From Hormiphora californensis (taxonomy: Eukaryota > Animalia > Ctenophora): 64,000 nt of DNA. This document shows, one piece after another, positions 1-14,000 of the stretch. The notes beneath the pieces are model-generated. The model worked only from the letters and a program-made list of their open reading frames with translations, was not told the origin of the DNA and made no database searches. The position numbers were made by a program, and so were the translations under genes. The first letter of the stretch is position 1. Each line of letters starts with the position of its first letter. The stretch is taken from positions 620,001 to 684,000 of the forward strand of contig CM035358.1 of NCBI GenBank assembly GCA_020137815.1. Direction: 5' to 3'.

Positions 1-57
1 CAAAGTTCCGGGCTTCCCAATTCCTTTCCGTTTCATTGACTCTCCCAACATTTTCAG

Positions 58-3000
58 GTTTCCTCCAGCAAAGTTCCATACCCGCATACCTGGAGGGAGG
101 TACACATGGAGAGTGTGAGAACAATAGCTGAACACACTGATTGTCCTGAATTGGTGGGGCTGACAGCAAAAGCAGACCCCTTCACTGATCACCTTGGATT
201 CAAGTAAGAAAAGGCGGGAAAGAAAGCAAGGTGCGGGGAGATCTGAATAGCTATTTAAAATTCTACCGCCCTTTGTTAAAAGCTGTGATGCAATGATAGC
301 AAGCAAAGTAACGAAATTCCTTCTCCTCTCAAGCAATCCCAGCCTCCTTTTGTTAGGACCCATCCCAGCTCCAATCACTCACCCAACAACCCCCCTTCCA
401 GGACACAGTTTGACACTAATGGACACCTACTGCGGTACATGTGTCAAGATAAGCTGAGGGACACACTCACAACACGACTAGAACCAACGGAACAACTCAC
501 TCTCAGGTAGGGGCGGGTGGTGGGTGCTCTTTCAATTGCTGGTCACCGGAAATAGGAGTTCCAGTAGTTTAACATCCTTTCCCCCAGATGGACCAAGTTG
601 CTGGATAAACACGCTGACTGTCTAAAGAAGACTCGAGAGGTGAAGGAGTTGTGTAGACACGGTGTCCCAGGGGGTGTAAGGAGCAGGTTATGGAACGCTT
701 TTATTAACTATCGCTGTGGCAAGATAATGAAGAGTAAAGGTATATTTTGTCTGTTTGTTTGTGGTGGCTTACTACTTAGCTTGGGCATGATAAATGATTT
801 GTTTTGCTTTGCGACTCTATACTTGGATTAGCAACCATAAAATCATGTTCCAGGTCCCCGGTATTACCAGTCTCTAGTACAAAGTCCGGAAGTGTCCCCT
901 TCAGAGAAACAGATATCACTTGATCTTCACCGCTCCTTTCCCAGGAACATACATTTTAATAGCGAGGAGGGAACGAAGGTACATTTTCAATGTCTTTAGC
1001 CTGATACTTCATTAGCCCTTCATCTCCCTATTTCCTGAGATATAGGTCGAGGGTTCCTTGCATTACCCTCCATCTATAATTCTCCCTTTTCTATGCAGCG
1101 CACTCTTCTTGTTCACCTCTCTTTGTCCCCATGCTAGGTACCAGTGTTACAGCGAGTACTGGTGGCATTCAGTCTCCATAACAGAGCTATTGGATACTGC
1201 CAAGGAATGAACATGATAGCAGGTAGGGAGGGTACTCAACTAAAATTTTAAAGAAAAGAGGGATTATATATATTTGTTTCTCTCTGAGAACCAACTTAAC
1301 CCCTCTCTGTGAATAATGATATGTTAATGTTTCTCTCATCAGGAATGTTGATATTCCATCTTGAGGAGGAGATGGCGTTCTGGGGGTTAGTGGCCATCTT
1401 GGAGATGATTATGCCTACTGGTTACTACAATACTGACCTCCTCGCTTCAAGGGCCGACCAGATTATATTTCAGGTATTATGAGATGGGGTGAGAGGCTTC
1501 TGTAGGAGTAATGATGGGCGGCTTGGGGATGGTTGTGGTTATCAACAAGTTATAAACTGGTAGCTAACCCATGTTGAACTTTGCAGGAGTTAGTAGAGAG
1601 TAAGTTACCATTCCTAGCGGGGTACCTGAAACGGCATGACATCGATCTCTCCCTCTTCACATTTAACTGGTGAGTGAACCCGTTCCCTAATCCCTGCAGC
1701 ATTTAACTCTCAATTAAGACTCTATATCTACTGAGTCACATTCCTCCTTCCGTCACTCTCCCCATCCCAGGTACATGACGATATTTATAGACAGCCTGCC
1801 CATGAGTACAGTAGTCAGGATATGGGATGTGTTTCTATTAGAGGGCCACAAGACTCTACACAGAGTGTCACTAGCAGTAGTTAAACTACATGAGTTCCTA
1901 CTGATGAACCATCAGGTAATTCAGTTCAACTCTTGACTTCAACAACATTGTCTCAAATGTACTAATTGTAGCTAGACCAATTAAATTTAGACCCCTTTCA
2001 AATCCTCAACCTATCTCTAACCATTCCCCTTTTTCAGGATAGTGTCAGTATCTTCAACATGTTCCGCTGTACCGCCCGAACATTCTACGATAGTCGTCTG
2101 ATCCTCAAACTAGCCTTCACAGAATTCAAACCCTTCCCTAAACGTGGTGACCTGTACAAACGACACTCAGACAAACTCTCTGAACTGAGAACAGAACACG
2201 CAGAGAATGAGCGGCAATGGAGGGTTAGACAGCAGCTGCACGAGCATACTATTGATGGAGATACATGGGATATAGTCCCCCCGCAAGCAACTGAACCTGA
2301 ACCCCCCACATCATGTATCCTGTACGCAGCACAATGTGGGAACACTCTCTGGGCGGTACAGAGTGCTACAAGTGCTAGTGTCGTGCTACTAAAGATAGAT
2401 CTGGAGAGGTCTGAGGTGGTGTGCGAGAGTGAGGTGATAGAGAGCAAGATCCTGTGTTGTGTACACACTGCAGGGTATGTGTTGTTGGGGACTAGCAATG
2501 GATATGTCTGGTCGTACCATTCTGACTCTCTGGTGAAGCTCTGGACTACTTGGGTGATGGACTCTGTGCTAGGTGTGGTGGTCTATAACTCTCAGATTCT
2601 GGTACACCTAACTAACGGATCCCTAGTAAGGTTTGAAGGGATATCTGAGAGTGGGTTATATTCACCCAGTATCCTGGACGTTGGGACATCACCCATTAGG
2701 TCAGCGTGTGTGGTGAGAGGGGTTGAGAGGGAGGCTCCTGTGGACTCTAGTACCCTCCCTGATCCCCTGACCCTACCCACTGAGCGGTGTGATGAGTTAT
2801 GGTGCTCAAACGGGAGCTCATTGAACTTCATCGACCTGGAAGGATGGAAGACACGAGACAAGATGACTGTTTCAGTCCCCTCTGCAACACCCACATCAGC
2901 TACCTCCCAGATTCACACCATACTACCATACTCCTCCACACTGGTATTCGTGGCTATCAATACCACAATAAGTGTCTGGGATGTTAGGAGAAAGGCCTGT

Positions 3001-4291
3001 CTGGTGGCGCACGATTGTAGCACAATCTTCCTCCCCCCACCGAGCCCTAAATCGAAGGGTTGCCAGGCGATAAGAATGCTGATTCACACCCTCTACCACC
3101 ACTCGGACACAGAGACGCTCTGGGTGGGGACAAGTCACGGTCACCTCCTGATATACGAGCTGGGCAAGTTGACCCATCACCAAAGGAAGGGAGGCGTGGG
3201 AAGTGAGAAGGAGGAGGAGATAGCGTCCAGTGGAACTGAGAGTGCTAGTCTGGAACCCAGTCCAAGACTAATTGACCGGTTACTAAGTAGAACTAAATCG
3301 AACAAAATGGAGACATCCCTGGTGCTGGTTCCCACTCAGGACCTACCCAAACAACAAATCCCGGTCTGTGAGGGACTGTCAGATAGTAGAACTGAGGAGG
3401 AAGAGGAGGAGTCACATGACGTCATTACTACGTCATCGCCAAACCAGAAGAACATGATACCAATGTCACGTGTTAGAACCAACACATATAACGAGGTAAT
3501 TGACTCGTGTGAAACTTAGTGCTCCTTTATAAAACTACTAAATCATTATGTGCTCCTTCATAAAACACTCCATCTCCCTCAGTATGACGTGATGGAGGAT
3601 CACATGCCAATAACAGAACCTGACCTTTCTCCGGTACACTTCTACGAAACATTCAACACCTTCCAATCACAGGTACAATTTCCACAATTAAAACTAATAT
3701 TTTATAACTACCTGTAACCTCCCCCATTCTGCATGTATCCATCTAAAACCTAACCGCCCCTATCTCCCAGGAGGACCTGTTGGATTGTGAGAGTGCGTTA
3801 CAACAAGCTAAAGACGAGGAAGAGGTATTTGAGGTTATTAACGGTGGTAGTGGATCTACCAACACACTCTCTCTCAGCACTTACCAGATCCTGTCCAGTG
3901 ATCCCATCAGTAGAATCAGTATCAGTCATGATTCTGGTGAGTTGACGATGTCTCTTAGTTTCTCATACCCTGTATGATAGTGATAATCTCTTCAATGCAT
4001 TTTTCGACCCATTTCATAACCCACTATATTTGAAATTTGAATCTGTATTGACCCTACTTCCTCTCAGATTTGATAATGACATGCGGGGGTAACGTGAGTC
4101 AGGATGGAGTCTTGGTACTGTGGAGACCAACCCGAGATACGGACAAGATCAGATGGCAGGCGGAACCAGTCACCATAACAACTGCCACCACACCCTCTCT
4201 ATCTGATGATGAGGAGTCATCTGTACACAACTGTGTAGCCGAGAATAACGGGGATCATGATTCTAATTCCATATCTGGGGAGACATCTTAG
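58..4291 (+). CDS. TBC-domain Rab GTPase-activating protein (TBC1D2-like) with C-terminal WD40/beta-propeller-like region; multi-exon, 5' end outside window
   Basis: Spliced exons (~58-203, 402-507, 588-739, 854-978, 1138-1221, ~1343-1473, ~1587-1669, 1771-1915, 2038-3494, then small 3' exons to 4291) join in frame through the large exon. They give the TBC motifs QISLDLHRSF (IxxDxxR), IGYCQGMNMIA (YxQ), AFWGLV and IWDVFLLEG. The large exon has propeller-like strands (VLLGTSNG, LWVGTSHGHLLIY). Confidence 0.88.
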
Positions 4292-5152
4292 AGTTTCAGA
4301 ACTGTTAAAAACTTTCAGAAAGTGTTTACTTCCAAATCAGACTGGCACTGTCCCCCAGTTTTAGGACTCAGGATTAAATAGTAGAATTCAAAGAAACTGT
4401 AGAAAGTGGCATTATTATTTGGTGTCTGTTTGTGTCGTTATTTGTATAACCCTTTTTAAAGTGAGAAACTCGTAATATTTTAATTGTTCGTGAGAGAGAG
4501 TAATTCCTGAGTAATTAAATGTTGAAATGTAAAAGAAAAAAGAAGATTAGATGGTTACCATGGTTACCGTTTTGTCCATCAAGTTAGTATCCATGCAGTG
4601 GTTACCAATACGAGCCATTTGCCACCAAAATAAGTTGTGTGAGGTAGCGTAGAGTAATAATTGTAGATTTTCAAACTAAAATACGAATTGAATAAGAGAT
4701 TGTGAAACCATTTTGTGTTAAATGTGTTAGAACACACTGAAGTGTGTTAAATATTGAATGTGATTAGTTGTGTACACAACTTGATTTATTGGTTTAGGTG
4801 TGAATTTTACATTTAACAACCATTGTAAAGGTCGCTCTTTTTAATTTGACCCAAACACATCTGGTCTTTGGACCTCAGCTTCCCAATCTTTGATTGTCTC
4901 TCAGAGACTCTCTGTCAGTGTCGATCCCCCCGTCGATCCGATCTCACGACAGAGATCAGACGCCATACGACCGGATTCTCTTCAAAGACCAGACGTGTTC
5001 ATGCTCGGACTCTGCGTTGAATAATTGGAAGTCACTGCACAATGCAGTGCACATGATACAAAACATTGACCCCCCCCCCCCCCCCCATCACATGTAACAC
5101 TGTCTGGAGTATTCCATTCCAAAGTCCACCTACACACATTATCTTGACTACC

Positions 5153-7222
5153 CTAATCTTCACTGGCAGGTGTCCAATACCAAACGGATTTCTTGTAGTC
5201 CCATTTCCAACTGCCTGCCACCAGTGCAGCTACCTCAGGCTCCTCTGTTTCTGTAGGTTCCTCTTCCTCAACCCCACACCCGTACATGAGCCTGATCTGC
5301 TGGAGGTCCAGGTCACTGGCTCTCTCCCTCTGTCCTATCTCAACCCCCTCAGGAACTGGTTTTAGGGGTTCCAAGGTGTTCTCGTTATTTGACGAGAAGG
5401 CGTCCAATCTGGGGGAAGGAAAGGTGGGTCAGATTGTGATGGAATAGAGTCATTCTCTTTTCCCAAAAGGAGGCAACTAAACTGAATCTGATATCGGTGG
5501 AGTGTTGACCACTGGCGGTGGTAACCCAAGTATCACACGTGTGAAAGAATCTGTACCTGTAATGCATGATAGATCCATAATCGTAGTCCATCTTTCTACT
5601 GTCAACTATCCAATTACCATACTTTATAAAGTTGAATGTCTTACCACCCGCTATGTTGTCTTTGTTTATCTGAAATAGGACAAATTGGTCATACTCTGTC
5701 AGAGCATTGGCCTGACCCATTCTCGTTTCTGTGGTCAGAGCATTGGCCTGACAGGTCATACTACTGGAATCACCATCGTACCAGCTCTTGGTTGGGTGCC
5801 TACGACCCTAGCCACGTGCCCTGTTAACTCACCCGTATCCAGTCGTCTCTATCAGGTCTGCTCTGCTCGTGAAAGAAGCCAAGGGCATGTCCCAGTTCGT
5901 GAATAATGAGACCTCTAGCACCACACTGGGGACCCAGAGCTACCACTTGGGCTCCACTTGCATGGGCCTTACCAACCCGGGACCAGCACCTAGTGGGATC
6001 AATGTGAATGGTAGAACACTAGATCGGAGATTTCAATGAAGGTATAACTGAACATTTGTCTTCTATTCAGAAACTCTTTCTCACCCTTCTCCAGATGATT
6101 TAGCGTAGCTGAACTCCACATAAGTATCTTCCTCCCCGTCCCATGGTACAAACTTCACACACCAATTCTTCTCCCCCTCCCCTCTCGTCCCGTTCTCCCA
6201 GTGCTCAATCCCACTCTCTATCAAACTACGCACCCACGATCCTGTTTGGAGGTGGTAATAGTAATAGTAAACAGAGCTTTGTTGTTGTTGAGTCTCCCAA
6301 CAAGATAACTGGATGATTTGAGAAAGGGACAAGGGCTGTCTGGCAGCGCCAGACCCCCATTTGATTCGACAGTGCGCTCAGATGAGGTCGCGGCATCAGC
6401 CAGGACAAGGGTGGACAATTTATTCAATGAAACTAACCAACACTCTTATCAAATGTATAGGGAATGAGGGCATAGGCTTGTTCCCCATTCTCCCCAAAAC
6501 TCTGCAAAGTATTGTCACCCCACAGCCGTCCTTGGCTCTTTAGGGCAGCCCGTCTAGTTCTCTGATTACCGTTCTGTTGTCTCTTCCACCTCTATTGGAC
6601 AATTGGGTGGTAAGAGAGGATCTAGCATTGGGTAAGGATGATCATTGGGATTTTAGGCGGAATAGGGCAGTCTGTTTAGACTTGGGGAGGAAGTTGGTGA
6701 CATTAACACCTAGTGCGTGCGAGATCGATGGCGCCAAGGGAGGAAGGGGAAGCAGTTGGTCACATTGGGAGGCAGGAGGGGTGTTGGTAGGAGGATCGAA
6801 TGGGTTATTTGAACCAGGGAAGGTATGGTGGGGGTTGGAACCTGTTTGAGATGTCTCTTCTCTGATTGGGGCACGGTGTGATCTCGCAGAATGCTCTCTA
6901 ATATCTCCTCCGTCATCAGAATATCACCCTCAAACAGCAATGGTCGGGTCTCGTGTCCTGGGGATTTGGGGAGTTCACCGTGATCACTGATTGGGAAATA
7001 CCGGGGTAACAGGAGGCCATGTTGGGAGATTGGGGCATTGTGGCCGTGGGTGACAATTGGGCTGAACGGCATTTATGGTCGAGACTACTGCAATCGGGAG
7101 AACTGTGATGCCGATAGGGACAGGTAGGGGTTGTTTGGACCCTTCTTTGGTGGGGTACCTTTTCCGTGGACCTCACATAGCCCTAGCAACACCGTTGCAA
7201 CAAGAACTGTAACCGTGGTCAT
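5153..7222 (-). CDS. Astacin-family (M12A) zinc metalloprotease, secreted pre-pro-enzyme
   Basis: Signal peptide MTTVTVLVATVLLGLC, propeptide FEGDI, furin-like RTRR, zinc motif HELGHALGFFHEQSRPDRD (~5845-5905), Met-turn YDYGSIMHY (~5560-5587), terminal IGQR...DLQQIRLMYGC. Confidence 0.93.
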
Positions 7223-8037
7223 GGTAACACTTCCTTAGTAGCAAGAGATACAAGTTAGTTTGTAAAATTGGCAAATCAAAGTTATTTGAGAGTTTTATCT
7301 ACAGCAAAACAGAAACAAACACGCTTCAAAACTCTCTCTCTCTCTCTCTATCTCTCTCCCGATATATAATTGATCAATCTACAACAAAAGCTACATTCGA
7401 TCTCACCCACACACAATAACAACAATAACTGAGCCTAATTGATACATCAAGATTCAAGTTACGACCCTCCACAAACTCTATCTCAAAACGCTCAGATTGG
7501 GTCGGCGCCAACAGACAAAACGGAACTGCCTCCTATTGCTAAGTGGCCGGGCTTTATCACAGAACCGCGTTCGACTGAGAAAAGTCGATCAAGAGATACG
7601 AAACTCAATAAATTAGAACAAGGAGAAATCTATAACCCAGAACAAGCAAAACTAACGATCCCGCATTAGTAGAGACACAGACACAGTTCACACAAATATG
7701 TGATCCATCATTCACACACACATGTGATATACACAGGGTCGACAATAACATTATTTATTTCTCACGATTTGCAAAAAGCCGGCCAGAGAAAAAGGGCAAC
7801 AACAAGGAAGGTTAAACATATAACATATCCAGGAGCATTATTCCACAAGGAATCCCCGCACTACACACACGCAATGTCCTAACAACATTACCCCGCACAC
7901 AAACAAACACATAACAACGCTTCTATCTATTTTTTATAGTCTCTCCCTCTCTCTCTCTTTTTAGTGTCTCTCTCTCCCCATCTCTTTTAGTGTCTCTCTC
8001 TCCCCGGTGAAAATAGAGCAAAGCTTCCTCTGTTTTC

Positions 8038-11000
8038 TCAGGTGAAGTTTGGGCTCGTTGCCGATTTGCGCATTCCGCTCCCTAACACATCCACATAACG
8101 ACTCTCTGAGGGAGAAATAGTGTTAAAGATGGGTTGTATTTAAAGAGGGAGAAAATAGGATAATATGGCATGACGTAGCTGCATTGTAGTGTGATAAATT
8201 AACAAAATCAGATTTGAATACAGGATGCAGTGTGATACATGTCACCATTATAACAGACTACGTCAGAGGGAAGGGGGACATTGAACTTACTTCCCCTTCG
8301 TCCCCTGGTAGGGATTCCCCTTCTTGTCCTGCCGGGTGAGGTGGGAGCAGAGCTGGTCTTGTCATCTCCACACACTGAGGAGGGGGGGATGTTTAGATAC
8401 AACAAGGACAACACATCATTATGATTCAGGATGAGATTGGGCTTCTATAAAAACACTGTGTTTTAAACACAACTTGTCTCTACAATGTATTAACCTGATG
8501 ATTTTGATGACACAGGTAGGGAGGATGTTGGAGGGGGTGGGGCATCATCATCATCATCATCTGAACCCTTTGTTGTATCAATATATTTTCCTGTAGAGGT
8601 GAAACAGAGTGATGTGAGGTAAAACAGAGTTATGAACTGAATATCAATTGAAGTTGAGACAGAATCTGAATAGCAGCCGAAAGGAGTTATCTAATCAAAA
8701 TGTTTCCAAAAACAACAGCTAATTTAGGAAATATAGGATCCTCTTACCTAGTTTTTCATCCCAATAAATTACAGGTTTAGAATCGTCAGGTAAAATCATG
8801 CTCTTTGGTTTGGGTTCCCTGTTGAGGAACCGAGAGAAGAATCCACCACCACTACCGCCCTGCAGAGAGATACATTAGAAGTTGGTTGATTTATTCTGGT
8901 ACAAGTCGATTGGACTGTTCTGCGTTTGGTTGCTATTGGTGGATATTGTATGGTATTGGCGATTCTCTGTATCTTACCTTATCATCCTTTTTCGTATCAT
9001 TATCCTGATCTTTCTCCTTCTCCTTCGTTACATCCTTTTCAGCTGGCTGCTTTTTCCTGGGTGGAAATTGGGAGATAAGTAAATCTAAAACGCCAAGCGT
9101 AAGTACCATCAGAGATTTCCAACAGTAGACTAGTACTACTATTCCCCAGTGGATCCCCAAACTATTTCACTATTTACCGACTACCCCGACCAGAGGGTGG
9201 CTTGTGTTTGACAGGAGTGGAGGAGGGTGAGGCGTGAACAATAATACTGGATAATGGATCATCATGGTCAATGATGGGTGAAGATGGACTTGGTGTGAGG
9301 TAAATTGATCTGAAATGAAGTGAAGGGTGAGATCCATTGGAGTGAATTGAGGAACTGTTTCTAGACACAAGAAAAGATCATTATTTATTTTGTTATTAAC
9401 GAAATAAAAAACACACAAAAACAAAACAATCAATTCAAAGTCCTCATCCACTCGTCTAGAAGGATCTCAGTAGGGAAGAGTCTATCATCTTCACTCGCTC
9501 GGAGCAGGCGGAGAATGAACTCTCGGGAGGGCAGGTCCAGGGAGGTATTCAGGAAGTTTAGACCTTTAGTTTTGTAGTCCTTGACATCCTGGACTGTAGC
9601 AAAGGGGCAGTCACCGTTCAGCAGGCAGTAAGCGAGGCATCCAATGGCCCAGGTTGTGGAAGGGAGGGATCCGTGGCTTCCGGTGGCAAAGAACTCGGGA
9701 GGAAGGTAGACATCAGTTCCCTGGAATCGGTTGTACTGCTCAGCAAGGAGGGAGGCGGATCCAAAGTCTATCAGTTTGATCTGTCCAGTGGTAGGGTTGT
9801 AGAGGATAGTTCTCGTCCTTTATGTCACGATGGTCGATCCCCACAGAGAACATGTAGAAGACTGTGTCCAGGACTGCTCTCAGGATCTTCCTCGCATCAG
9901 CAGGGGCCAGGGATCCATTACGGTCAATGTAGGAGAAGAGGATCCTCAAAACCAGGCAGGTACTCCATGATGAAAATCCAGGAGTCGGAGGGCTCGTCGT
10001 AGTACATCTCCTCCAGGTTCAGGATGTTGGGGTGTTTCAGCTCCTCCCACAGAATGATCTCATCAGGCAGGTCACAGTCACGGAGCGGGCAGTAGGTCTT
10101 CCTCTTGCACTTGGAGCCAGGGATCACCTTGGCAGCATGGAATGAGCCATCCTCCTTGCTCTGGACGAGCATGACAGAACCGTAGCCTCCTTCGCCCAGG
10201 ACTCGGATGGAGGTGTAGAGGTCGGAAACACAGACAGCAGTAGACATGATGTAGTAGTATTATAGGTAGTAGTATTAGAGGATGTAGAGATAGAGAGGGA
10301 ATGGTTGGGGATGGTTTGTTGTTGGAAATGGAAGGGTATAAGTACCCCTAACAGCTGGACTACAATTGGTATGACGTGGGAAAACTATGTGATCAAGTTG
10401 ACTGGATGCCTAATAATTGCACGTTCCAATCTCGTGTAATCGGTGGTGTCGTTCCATTTAACTGGTGTTACGATTTCAAAACTAATCAGGGTAACGATAC
10501 CAATGTCGCTAATGGGTCGGGTAACAGGGTCCAATAGAGTTAATGGGTCGGGTAACAGGACTCTAGAGAGCTAATGGGTCATGTAACAGGGATTTAGACG
10601 GCTTAACGAGTTTGTAATTGGATTAGAGCTCATTAGTACTAACCCGCTCTACTCTGAGATCACATGGCACTCTCTCCCAGTCGGAGGGAGAGTTAGGGGC
10701 CAGAGGGAGAGTTAGGGGCCGGGCTAATTGGAAACATTGGTAAGATGCCAACATGAAATAGGATACATTATGTGGAGTTATGCGCATACCGAACCCGCTA
10801 GTACTGTGAAATGGGAGACATGGTGAGTGAAAATACCTGACAATATATGAGAACTGGAAAATTCCTAGCCCGACTTGCCCCCCCCCCCTTCTCTTAGAAA
10901 GAACATCTTACCGGTTACTGTACATGTCGTTCATCAAATCATCCTCAATTTCAGGTTCAGCAGGACCCTCGTTAGTAGGTGTCTTGATCTCCTCTTCTCC

Positions 11001-14000
11001 AAGTGGGGGGCTGGTGGGTGCTGGCATGTCAGGAAGGAGGGGCGGCAACATGGAACTACCACCGTTACTGAAGGGGGGAGGGGGTGTTATAATCGGGGTT
11101 AATTAATGAATAATCAGGGAATAATCTGACAAAATGTGCGTTCTTATATTAGGAAAGAGTAGCAACATTATGTGAGTTAAATACCTAAACTTGGTAGGAT
11201 CGAAGAAAGTGAAAGCAGGTGGGGGTCCTGACTCCTCAGTAGCAGGTTGTTCCTCACTACTACCGGTCTGTTGTGTTACCTCCTCTTGTTGCTGATCTCC
11301 CACAGTAGAGTCCGTGTAGTTAGGGGTTACATCAGGTTGTGTGTAACCAACATCGGGCTGTGTGTAACCAACATCAGGTTGTGTGTAACCACTAGTTACA
11401 TCAGGCTGTGTGTAACCACTAATTACATCAGGCTGTGTGTAGCCGCTAGCCTCCTCAGGCTGTGCGTAGCCTGAGGAAACCTCGGGTTGTACGTATCCGG
11501 TCCCTCCTTCTGGATTCGAGTAGTTGGCCGATACTTCTGGTTGGATGTAACCCGTATCTTGTGGCTGCATGTAGTTAGAGGCTGCATCTTGTGGCGTGTA
11601 ACCCGACGCAATTTCCGGCTGTGTAGTTTCAGGTTGTGTGTAACCCGCCTGATATTGTTGTTGTTGCGTGTTGACATCCTGGTGACTGCCGCTGGAGGGA
11701 GTGTAACCACCTCCCGGACTCTCTGTGTAACCATTATACTGGGAGTAACCACTACTTTGTGTAACCACTCCCCCGTCCACCTCTACAGCCTGGTTGTAAC
11801 CATCGTAGTGATACAGTCCACTGGTAGTTGCTGTGGTGGTGTCCTGGGCTGCCTGTGCCAGGGCAGGATCTGCAACCCAGTTACCTTCGGAGTATACCCA
11901 ACCTGAAAATGGTTGTCATGGTTACTAGTCATTAGCCAGTATAATAATGGTTACCATGGCAACCCCCCGTTACCTACCCTGGTAATATGGTCACCATGGT
12001 AACCCTCACACCCTGCTACCATGGCAACCCCCCGCTACCTACCCTGGTAGTGATCATGTCGATAGTATTGTCCATCCCAGGTGAACCCACTGGCCAGTAA
12101 GTTATCATGGTCAGCAGATATATTGCTAGTTTTCTCCTCCGCAGATACCTGCTCCTTCTGTTTGGTGCTGTTCTGTCTGTGCAGCATGTACTGGGCCAGT
12201 TTCTGTATCTCAGGGGTTGCTACCCTACTGGAGTAGGCTGTACTCTGAAACAGTGGGGATTAGTTTGGTGCTGCCTCCTGGTTATGCTCAATAGCTAGTT
12301 ATTACGTCATCCAATTTTGAAATTACCCGATTGCTAATTTCCAATTTTCGTTCCGTCAGATGTCCCTTTAGAGCGTCCAGCCATTTAGGGATAATTGGCC
12401 ACTTGCCAGTTATTGTCAACATCCTCATACTCTCGTCATATACACGTCGAATAAACCTGACCAGAATATATTGTCAACTATACTAGTGTAAATGGACTTG
12501 AAGAAAAACTGCATTTTATTCTGTACTGGGTTTTAGTCTACCTAAACAAAACATTAAGATTATATTCACCTAGCTCGATATGAGGTTGGTGATGTGTTGA
12601 TGCACTTTGATAGTTGTTGGAGATACCCCAGGGCTCGGTTTACATGACCAACTTTAGCCAACTCACGGGCATACAGGAACTTAGTACCCTGTCAGGAAGG
12701 AGAAGTTAGAACAGAGGGGAAACAGGGCGCCTGATGAAATTATCAAGAGTAAGTAAGAGGTAAGGAATTGATCTGAGACAAGATACCAGGAATTGATCTG
12801 AGACAAGATACCAGGGAATGAGACATGTGAGACACTGACCTGGAAGGGTACAAGACACTGTTCCCCACCTAACGCCCTGCAGTACTCATACAGCTCAGTA
12901 AGCTGGATGGGCACATATGGTACACCCGTCACATCTTTAGTGTGGTCCAGACCAATCAGGGCCAGGGGTGAGGTCTTGTCATTGACACTAGTCACCTTGG
13001 AACCAGCTAGTAGGCAGGCAAAATGAGCCGCATATACCCGACCCTCCGAGGCTGGGGAGAGAAAATGTTAAGTGATTTGAGCATTTGGTGCTAAACTTTT
13101 GTCGTATCTAGAAAAACTCAGCCCTAAATAGGAGTCATAATCCCAGTCAAACTCACCGAGAGTGTTAGCATAAGACATGATGTGATTGTAGTTGGGGTCA
13201 TATTGATCTGATTGGTTGCTAAGTAACATTGCTAGGTGCTGTCTCCAGTTGTCGGTATGGTTGCAACATGTTGGGGCGCTATGGGAGACTAGCTCGTGGA
13301 AGGAGCGGAGAGGATCATCCCGGTGTAGGGAGGCAGAGAACCTGGTGATAAATAGTTTGATAAAGGAGCAGGACAATAATATGTTTATGAAGGAGCAGTG
13401 GTTTTATGAAGGAGCACCCTACCGTTGCATTGTGTCCTGTAGAAGGTCCTGAGATAGAGTGGTACTGATAACCATAGCAATATCCCACAGCTGGTAATGA
13501 ACACACACCTGTAAGTAAAGAGATGTGGTTAGGAAAAATATATAGCGAGAGGAATAATGAGGAGATAAACGAAGAGCAGAATGAAAAATGGTCCAGGGCC
13601 GGGTTTATTACCTCAAGAGCATCTCTCCGTTGACCCTCAAACAGACATTCCCTGATCTTTGGCATCGCCTCAGTTCTACTTTCCTCTGTTATCTCTTCAT
13701 GTCCTTGCATACTGTGAGGAAGAAAATACTTAAATGATTATGGACATTTCTAGTTTTCTTGGCTATTATACTGGTGTCTATCGAAACAGCTAAAGACTAT
13801 GATACCCCCAGGTAATTATGGTATAATAATGAACTGGTATGTACCTTGTTTTTGAGTACATGGTAGTTGTGTCCTGTTCGTGTAGGAGCATCTCCGATAC
13901 ATCAGTACCCACTACCACCTGGCGGAGTGGAGATTTAATAGAAAGAGAGAGGGTATGTTAGTGTGATTTAGAGAGAAAGGAAGGTGTGGTAGCGGATATT

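Noticed and set aside
6958-7158. Stop-codon readthrough or frameshift in the astacin 5' region
   Set aside because: The in-frame TAG and TAA fall inside a GT-AG intron (aaag|gtacc ... ccccag|gacac) whose removal restores the frame.
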